DNA of 64,000 nt. It comes from Anaeromyxobacteraceae bacterium (GTDB lineage Bacteria; Myxococcota; Myxococcia; Myxococcales; Anaeromyxobacteraceae). The translations under genes and the position numbers were made by a program. Positions 50,857 to 57,746 of the stretch are shown piece by piece. Location of the stretch: NCBI GenBank assembly GCA_032654565.1, contig JAULAX010000015.1:192001-256000 (forward strand), written 5' to 3'. How positions within the stretch are numbered: the stretch's first letter is position 1; each line of letters begins with the position of its first letter. Below the pieces are notes generated by a model. That model was given only the letters and a program-made list of their open reading frames with translations, was not told the DNA's origin and did not search any database.

Positions 50857-53800
50857 CTAGCGCCTGAAGTTCAGGCCGGTGCGCGCCACGGTGCCGACCG
50901 GCACCGCCAGGGAGCCGGCCCGGTTGGTGAGCAGCCTGGCGGCCGCGGCCCGGTAGGGGGCCGGGAAGAGCGCCTCGAGGTTGGTGGTCTCGCGCGGGAA
51001 GCGGACCACCGACACCGCGGTCGAGATCACCGACGCCGCCGGGCCGCAGTTGAGGCAGAGCAGGTTGTCGCCCTCGTCCAGCTCGGTGACCAGGTCGAGG
51101 GCGTCGACCAGCAGGTAGACCTGCCGCCGCCCTGCCAGCTCCGGCCGGCCCCCGGTGGCGTCGAACCAGACCTCGGAGCGATCCCGGCCGAAGGGGGCGA
51201 GGCGCACCACCGCCGCGTCGGGCAGGACGATCTGGGCGGGGATGGTCCAGGGGGCGTTGGCCGAGAAGGCCAGGGTGACCGGGGCCTGCGAGAGTTCACC
51301 CTGGGTGACGGTGGAGTAGAGGTTGGAGGCCGGGGTCTGCTCGCTGCCGGGGATGACGCTGAACGGCCCGCTGGCCGTGGTGCGGGTGAGGAGCACCGTG
51401 GTGATGGGCGCCGCGACCCCCATGGCCTGGTTCATCACCGTGACCACCAGGCTGGCCTCCAGCCCGCCGAGGGTCGGCAGGGGCATGCCCGACAGGCCGC
51501 TCAGCGCCGAGCTGAAGGTCACCTCGACCCGGTTGTTCAGGGTGTAGGGCTCGGGCGTCCCCCGGGTGCGGCTGAGCCGGACGGTCATGGTCGACGGCCC
51601 GGTCAGCATCGGAGGCCCGATGCCGGTGGAGGCGCGAGTGCGGATGGACGCCGCGCCTCCGGGGAGCAGCCAGGAGCGGGTGCCGGGCTGCAGGTTGAGC
51701 TCGGGCTGGTCGACGCGGATGACTGCGGTGCTGTAGTCCGGCAGGCCGCTGGGGACCACCACCCGCCTGGAGTCCACCACCCTCGCCCCGTCCAGTAGCT
51801 CCCAGTCGAAGTCGGTCAGCTCCAGCCCCTCGGCCGAGGCGTTCCTCACCCGGACCTCGACCCACAGGCCGAGGCTGATGGCGGACTCGACCAGCAGGTC
51901 GGCGTTCGAGGCGCGCGGCAGCAGCTCCACGGCGCGATAGGCCCGCTCCACCATGGCGCAGTCGTGGTTGAGCGCGCCGCTCTGGCCGGTGAGCAGCGCC
52001 TCGAACACCCCGCCCAGGCGGCAGCGGGCCAGGACCACGGCGGCGAACTCCTCCAGGCCGATGTGCGGGCCGAGCCGCCCGTGGAGGTTGCTGGTGCGGA
52101 TCAGGTCGAGCACCTTGGCGGCCCCGAGGGGCTCGACCTGCAGGCCGTTGAACCAGCCCCCCTGGATCATCAGCCAGTGGGCCTTGTTGAGGATCCCGCT
52201 GTTGGTGTGGACGCCCCGGGCGTCGGTCCAGGTCTCGACGAACCGGGAGTACCGGTCGGGCTGCCCCTTGGCCGGCGGGTCCTGCATGCTCCTCATGCTG
52301 GAGATCGCCCCGAGGTCGCCATCGGCGAGCCGGTCGGTGGCGGCGTTCACGGTGAGCGCGACCCCGAAGAGGTCGGCCAGTGACTCGGAGAGCGCGCCGG
52401 ACTCGTAGTCATACTCCAGGCCGGAGCTGGCCTCGACCACGTTGTGCATGAACTCGTGGCCGACCACCTCGAGGTCGGCGGCCAGGGTCAGGCCGGCCGG
52501 GTTGGTGGCGGCGCCGCCGGCGAGGATGTAGCCGCCCGCGCCCCAGGCGTTGTAGGAGGGGGTCCCGCTGGCGCTCGGCCGGGCGTTGACCAGGAAGCCG
52601 AGGTGCGCGCCGCGGCCGTCCCAGCTCCGCCAGCCGCGCGCCGCCCACCAGTCGAGCGTCGCCTGGACGTTGCGGCTGGCCAGGGTGAGCTGGGGCTTGG
52701 TGCCGGAGTAGCCCGCCGTGGGGTCGAAGGCGGTGGCCGTGGGGGACGGGTTGGCCTGGCTGTACGGGGTGACGCCCACGAACGGGTCGCCGCCGTCCAT
52801 CATCGAGAGCCAGTTGTTGGGGCTGAACGGGCGGGTGGCGCCGGAGAGGTAGTTGGAGCCGAAGCCCATGTAGAGCCGCCCATCGCGGCGGCAGGCCAGC
52901 ACCGGCCGGATGATCCCCTTCTCGTCCGGGGCGGTGGCGGAGATGAGCGTGGCCGGCTCGTCGTGCCATGCGGTGGGGAGGTTGTCGTAGGCGCGGATCA
53001 GGCCGCCGGTCCTGGCGTCCAGGTACAGCACCGCCTCGTCGATGGCCCGGCGAACCCGGAGCTGGTAGGCGAGGCGCAGCTTCGCGCCGGGGGCCTCGGC
53101 CTCCGGCAGCAGGACCAGCATGGCGCTGGAGGTCACGCCGGGGTCGGCGAGCCGGACCCCGGAGAGCCAGCCCAGCTCCGGCTGCTCGCCGGTGGCCAGC
53201 CTGGCCATGGCCGGGTCGGCCCAGGTGGCGACGCCGGCCCCGGAGTAGGCGGGCTTCAGGTCCAGGGCGGTGCGGTCGACGGGGAGCAGCCGCATCACCG
53301 CGGAGTAGAGGTTCCCCTGGGCGTCGAACTGGCCGACGACGTACCGGCCCACCACCGGCAGGCCGCCGAGGTGCTGGTCGACCCGCGTGGCATAGACGCC
53401 GGTCGGATTGGGCTGCTTGTCGTCCTCGTTCAGCTCCGGGTTGGCCAGGTCCAGGCTGACCTTGAGCTCGGAGAGGACGCCGCTGTCGGGCGTCGGCAGG
53501 CCGAAGAGCGGGTGGTGGCGCGAGATGAAGGTGATGAGCGCCGAGGCCCTGCCGGCGGCCAGCGGCCCGTGGCTGAGCTCGAGCGGCGCCGGGACCGGGA
53601 TGGCGGCGGCGGTGAGCCCGGCCTCGATGCTCGGGGGCAGGGTCTGGATGTGGACCGGGTAGCCGTGGAGCTGGCTGAAGCGCACCTCGGTGCCGGGGGG
53701 CGCGGTGGCCTGGAGGGCCCGGGCGCCGTCCAGGGCGGCCTGGGCGGGCGGCACCAGGGCACGGGGGCCGTTCGGCCGTGCCGGTCCGGGGGTCGAGCCG

Positions 53801-53889
53801 GCGCTGCAGCCGCCGCTCCCCAGGGTGACGGCCAGGAGCGTGGTGAGCCGGAGGATGGCGAGCGACGGGGGGCGGCGGCGAAGAGGCAT
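50857..53889 (-). CDS. M4 (thermolysin-like) metallopeptidase, probable lipoprotein, with propeptide and C-terminal beta-sandwich/CARDB-like domains
   Basis: NAWG, VVGHEFMH (HExxH), ESGALSESLAD, GVHTNSGILNKA; PepSY-like YLDARTG. Confidence 0.88.
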   Translation of the reverse strand: MPLRRRPPSLAILRLTTLLAVTLGSGGCSAGSTPGPARPNGPRALVPPAQAALDGARALQATAPPGTEVRFSQLHGYPVHIQTLPPSIEAGLTAAAIPVPAPLELSHGPLAAGRASALITFISRHHPLFGLPTPDSGVLSELKVSLDLANPELNEDDKQPNPTGVYATRVDQHLGGLPVVGRYVVGQFDAQGNLYSAVMRLLPVDRTALDLKPAYSGAGVATWADPAMARLATGEQPELGWLSGVRLADPGVTSSAMLVLLPEAEAPGAKLRLAYQLRVRRAIDEAVLYLDARTGGLIRAYDNLPTAWHDEPATLISATAPDEKGIIRPVLACRRDGRLYMGFGSNYLSGATRPFSPNNWLSMMDGGDPFVGVTPYSQANPSPTATAFDPTAGYSGTKPQLTLASRNVQATLDWWAARGWRSWDGRGAHLGFLVNARPSASGTPSYNAWGAGGYILAGGAATNPAGLTLAADLEVVGHEFMHNVVEASSGLEYDYESGALSESLADLFGVALTVNAATDRLADGDLGAISSMRSMQDPPAKGQPDRYSRFVETWTDARGVHTNSGILNKAHWLMIQGGWFNGLQVEPLGAAKVLDLIRTSNLHGRLGPHIGLEEFAAVVLARCRLGGVFEALLTGQSGALNHDCAMVERAYRAVELLPRASNADLLVESAISLGLWVEVRVRNASAEGLELTDFDWELLDGARVVDSRRVVVPSGLPDYSTAVIRVDQPELNLQPGTRSWLLPGGAASIRTRASTGIGPPMLTGPSTMTVRLSRTRGTPEPYTLNNRVEVTFSSALSGLSGMPLPTLGGLEASLVVTVMNQAMGVAAPITTVLLTRTTASGPFSVIPGSEQTPASNLYSTVTQGELSQAPVTLAFSANAPWTIPAQIVLPDAAVVRLAPFGRDRSEVWFDATGGRPELAGRRQVYLLVDALDLVTELDEGDNLLCLNCGPAASVISTAVSVVRFPRETTNLEALFPAPYRAAAARLLTNRAGSLAVPVGTVARTGLNFRR

Positions 53890-54115
53890 GTGGCACCCGG
53901 TCGAGTGGAGTGGCGCAGGGTTCCGGCGTGGGGACGGCGCCAGTCTGGGCCGATCTTCACCATCTGTATACCTCCCGAATGGCTGACCCGAAGGCCTGGC
54001 CGTCCCGACGCCCGGGCCTGCCTTGCCTGCCCGACCGAGGGTTCCGCCGTTCGTCCGCTGGTCCGCGGATCGACCGGGGAGGCGCGGTGGCGATCGGGCC
54101 AAGTACCCGGATTCA

Positions 54116-54177
54116 CGGACGGGGAGATTACTCTCGGTCAGATCGTGCGGACGGCGGGATTACCCTCGGTCAGGTCG
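54116..54177. promoter_or_regulatory. Tandem 30-bp imperfect direct repeat (period 32) between divergent genes
   Basis: cggacggggagattactctcggtcagatcg / cggacggcgggattaccctcggtcaggtcg (26/30 identical). Confidence 0.7.
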
Positions 54178-54303
54178 GGGCTGACTTGTCCCCGGGTGAC
54201 GCGGCGCGCCAGCCGCCCCCGGCGGCCCACGGCCAAGCGCCCGCGAGGCGGCACCGCTATCTTGAGGCGGTGACCGGCGCCGCCCCGAGCGCCTCGAGGT
54301 GGC

Positions 54304-55761
54304 ATGGCCCGCTGGTTCTCGCCCGGACGACCCGTCACCGCCCGGATCAACGGCCGGTCGATCTCGGTCGCGCCGCGCGAGACCCTGCTGCAGGCGGCCC
54401 TGCGCGAGGGGATCCCCTTCCCGCACGGCTGCCGGGTCGGCGGTTGCGCCAGCTGCCGGTGCCGCCTCGTCGAGGGGCGGGTGCGGGAGCTGACCGAGAC
54501 CGCCTACCTGCTCTCCGACCAGGAGCTCGAGCAGGGCTTCATCCTGGCCTGCCAGAGCGTGCCGTCCGGCGACGTCGGCGTCGAGGTCGCGCTGGGCCGG
54601 GCGGACAGGCCCGAGCGCGCGGAGGCGGCGGTCTCCGCGCCGGTGCCGAGCGCGGCGGTGGCCCCGGCGGGACCGCTCCACTACCTGAAGTTCTCCCTCT
54701 TCCACGCCGTCGGCCTCTTCGCCGCCGCCGCGCTGCTGGCCGGCGGCCCCCTGGTCACCGCCGGGCTCCTCCTGGTGCTGGCCTTCTACCTGGTCGGCGA
54801 CGCCATCTGCGGCGACGACACCTCGACGCCGCGCTTCGCCCACCCCGTCATCCTCACCCTACAGCTCTGGCTGGCGCTGCCGCTGCTCGGCCTCATCGTC
54901 TTCGCCGCGCTCCGCGGGGTCGCCGCCGCCACCCCCGGGCAGCTGGTCTCGGCCTGGCTCCTCACCGGGCTGATGATCGGCATGGTCGGCACCATCCCGG
55001 CGCACGAGCTGACCCACCGCACCTGGGATCCGGTCTCCCGCTGCATCGGCCGCTGGCTGCTGGCCTTCAGCTTCGACGCCTCCTTCTCCATCGAGCACGT
55101 CTACGGCCACCACCGCTACGTCTCCACGGCCGAGGACCCGGCCACGGCGCCGCGAGGGCGCAGCGTCTACGCCCACATCGTCGCCTCCACCATCAAGGGC
55201 AACGTCAGCGCCTGGCGCATCGAGCGGCGGCGGCTGGCGCGCCGGGGGCTGCGGCGCTGGGGGTGGCGCAACGCCCTGCTGCGCGGCTACGCCATGAGCC
55301 TGGCCCTGGTGGGGGCCGCCTGGGCGCTGGGCGGGTGGCCGGCCGCCCTCTTCTTCACGCTCTGCGCGGCCTGGGGGAAGGCGCTGCTGGAGATCGTCAA
55401 CTACCTGGAGCACTACGGGCTGGTGCGCGACCCGGCCACGCCGGTGCGGCCGCGCCACTCCTGGAACACCAACCGGCGGCTCAGCTCCTGGAGCCTGTTC
55501 AACCTGACCCGCCACTCGCACCACCACGCCCAGGGCGAGGTGGCCTACCAGGACCTCCGGCCGCTGCCGCGGGCGCCCCTGATGATCAACGGCTACCTGA
55601 CCACCATCGTGGTGGCCCTGGTCCCGCCGCTCTGGCACCGGCTCATGACCCCACGGGTGCTGGCCTGGGATCGCGACCACGCCAGCGCCGGGGAGCTCCG
55701 GCTGGCGGCCGCCGCCAACGCCCGCAGCGGCCTGGCGGGGCTGGTGGGCCAGGGCGGCTGA
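54304..55761 (+). CDS. 2Fe-2S ferredoxin fused to AlkB/XylM-type membrane diiron monooxygenase
   Basis: CRVGGCASC...LACQ plant-type ferredoxin; HELTH, EHVYGHH, NYLEHYG and LTRHSHHH His boxes; EDPATA. Confidence 0.9.
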   Translation: MARWFSPGRPVTARINGRSISVAPRETLLQAALREGIPFPHGCRVGGCASCRCRLVEGRVRELTETAYLLSDQELEQGFILACQSVPSGDVGVEVALGRADRPERAEAAVSAPVPSAAVAPAGPLHYLKFSLFHAVGLFAAAALLAGGPLVTAGLLLVLAFYLVGDAICGDDTSTPRFAHPVILTLQLWLALPLLGLIVFAALRGVAAATPGQLVSAWLLTGLMIGMVGTIPAHELTHRTWDPVSRCIGRWLLAFSFDASFSIEHVYGHHRYVSTAEDPATAPRGRSVYAHIVASTIKGNVSAWRIERRRLARRGLRRWGWRNALLRGYAMSLALVGAAWALGGWPAALFFTLCAAWGKALLEIVNYLEHYGLVRDPATPVRPRHSWNTNRRLSSWSLFNLTRHSHHHAQGEVAYQDLRPLPRAPLMINGYLTTIVVALVPPLWHRLMTPRVLAWDRDHASAGELRLAAAANARSGLAGLVGQGG

Positions 55762-55763
55762 GC

Positions 55764-55787
55764 GGGGTGGGCTCGGCCGAGCACCCC
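55764..55787 (+). terminator. GC hairpin just after the monooxygenase stop
   Basis: ggggt-gg-gctcggccgagc-acccc; no U-tract. Confidence 0.35.
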
Positions 55788-55922
55788 TGGGCGGCCGAGG
55801 GTGAGTCGAGGGGTCCGGTGCACCGGCCGGTCTTCCAGCCCGGGCGAAGGTGGGACGCCGCGTGCTATGGATTTCGGTACCGGTCGGCGCGGGTTTCCCG
55901 GTCCGGAGACTGAGGTGTGGCC

Positions 55923-56840
55923 ATGTCGAACTGGGAAGCCGAGGCGGACCTCCTTCACTCCTGCGGCGCGCGGCACGCGCTGATCCTGTCGCCGACCAGC
56001 TCGGCCCTCGGACAGCTCGCCGAGGCCATGGCGCTGGCCCTGGCGCCGCGCCAGGTCCGCATCTCCTCGGCCGGCCCCGCGCGGGGGCGCGTCGACCCGC
56101 TGGCCAGGCGCGTCCTCGCCGAGCTCTCGGTGGACATCGCCGACCAGCACCCCAAGGGGCTCGACGAGGTGGACACCTCCGACGTGAAGGCGATCCTGGT
56201 GGTGTCGGAGCAGGACCCGACTCCGCCGGCGCTGCGCGACGTGCTCCGGGTCCACTGGCCGCTGCCGGATCCGGCCGCCGGCGGGGGCACCGAGGAGGAG
56301 CGGCTGGCCCGCTACCGCGCCGTCCGCAACGAGCTGCGCCGGCGGCTCATCCGGGTGTTCGCGCGGGAGCTGGTGACCACCGACGAGGCCGAGGGCACCA
56401 CCTCCTCGATCGGTCCCGCCTCGGGCGGCGACCTCGACGCCATCCAGCGGCTGCTGGTGAGCTCGCTGCTGCCGTCGAAGGACGTGGGCGGGGCGCACCA
56501 GCGCTTCATCGTGGCCACCGAGAACGGGCGGCTCATCGGCTGCGCCGGGCTCCAGGTGGCCGGGCAGGACGGCCTGGTCCGCTCCATGGCGGTCCACTGG
56601 ACCCGCCGCAACGCCGGCATGGGCAGCCGGCTGCACGAGCGGCTGCTCTTCGAGGCGCTGCTGGCCGGGGTGCGGACGCTCTACGTGGTCACCACCACGG
56701 CCGAGGACTTCTTCGCCGGCCACGGCTTCAAGAAGATCGCGGCCACCGCCGTGCCGGCCCGGCTGCAGGCCTCGGAGGAGTTCACTGCCTTCGTGCCCGG
56801 CGGCAGCACGGTCATGTCCCGGCCGGTCTCGCCGGGCTGA
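55923..56840 (+). CDS. LMW-PTP/ArsC-like domain (degenerate active site) fused to ArsN2-like GNAT acetyltransferase
   Basis: QLAEA, SSAG...V.PLA..VL.E..VDI....K, HWPLPDP, R.VR.EL; GNAT IGCAGL, RSMAV, YVVTTTAEDFF..HGF, S.EF. Confidence 0.8.
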   Translation: MSNWEAEADLLHSCGARHALILSPTSSALGQLAEAMALALAPRQVRISSAGPARGRVDPLARRVLAELSVDIADQHPKGLDEVDTSDVKAILVVSEQDPTPPALRDVLRVHWPLPDPAAGGGTEEERLARYRAVRNELRRRLIRVFARELVTTDEAEGTTSSIGPASGGDLDAIQRLLVSSLLPSKDVGGAHQRFIVATENGRLIGCAGLQVAGQDGLVRSMAVHWTRRNAGMGSRLHERLLFEALLAGVRTLYVVTTTAEDFFAGHGFKKIAATAVPARLQASEEFTAFVPGGSTVMSRPVSPG

Positions 56841-56873
56841 GCGCGCGACGCCCGTCCCCCGCCGGTCCGCCCC

Positions 56874-57542
56874 TCACCTCGACCGCGCGGCAGGCTCCGG
56901 CGCGAAGAGGGGGCGGGGCGGCTGTCGGAAGCCGCCGTCGAGGACGTTGACGGCGAGCACCGCCAGCCCAACGAAGCCGAGCAGGACGAGGAGCTGGCCC
57001 CTGGAGGTCCGCTGGATCTCCTGCCGATCGGCCGGGGAGCAGACTTCCCCGGGGCAGTGCTGCACCACCCCCTTGTTGAAGAGCGGGTAGATCAGGCAGC
57101 CGATGCAGATGCCGAAGGCGGTCTCGAAGAAGAGGAAGACCAGGCAGACCAGGCAGATGATCCCGGTGATGGGGCCGAAGGTGTTGGCGACCACCTGGAG
57201 GGCGACCATCACCACCGCCAGGGCCAGGCCGATGAACCAGGCGAAGCGCTTCTGCGGGGCCCCCACGTACTCCGGCACCTGGTTGCGCACCAGCAGCCGC
57301 CCGATGATCAGCGACGGGGCGTAGCGCGGGTTGACCAGCACCCGGATGGCGATGTCGGCGAGGAAGAAGGTGGCCGCGTACTTCAACGGCACGAAGTTGC
57401 CGGTGAGGATCACCCGGAGGATGGCGGTGAACATGAGCAGGAAGAGGAGCCCGGCGCCGGCCCGGATCTCCCGCTCGTTGAGGACGGGGATGGCGTACCC
57501 GTCCACCTGCTCGCCAAACTGGAAGACTCGCCTCTCGACCAT
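56874..57542 (-). CDS. DUF4395 membrane protein
   Basis: PVLNERE.RA.AG, PEYVGAPQKRFAW.IG, FFETAFGICIGC..Y, CPGEVC. Confidence 0.85.
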   Translation of the reverse strand: MVERRVFQFGEQVDGYAIPVLNEREIRAGAGLLFLLMFTAILRVILTGNFVPLKYAATFFLADIAIRVLVNPRYAPSLIIGRLLVRNQVPEYVGAPQKRFAWFIGLALAVVMVALQVVANTFGPITGIICLVCLVFLFFETAFGICIGCLIYPLFNKGVVQHCPGEVCSPADRQEIQRTSRGQLLVLLGFVGLAVLAVNVLDGGFRQPPRPLFAPEPAARSR

Positions 57543-57604
57543 GTCCTGTTCCTTTCGTCCGGGCCGCGGCCCGGAGGGGTGGGGAACATATACCCCAAGC
57601 CGGG

Positions 57605-57619
57605 CGGACAATTTGTCCG
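57605..57619. promoter_or_regulatory. 7-1-7 palindrome between divergent genes
   Basis: CGGACAA-T-TTGTCCG. Confidence 0.5.
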
Positions 57620-57746
57620 ACTCGAAGGCGGGGTTGTCTCTCCTCCTCGCGCGGAACTAGGCTCGCGGCGACTCAGCGGCGTCCAAGTTCACCAGCAGTT
57701 GATGCGGCCCATGTGGCGCTTCGGGCCGGAGAGAGCGAGGAGAGCG

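Noticed and set aside
55917..56840. Functional arsenic-resistance locus
   Set aside because: ArsC catalytic residues are absent and there is no arsR, acr3/arsB or arsM in the window.
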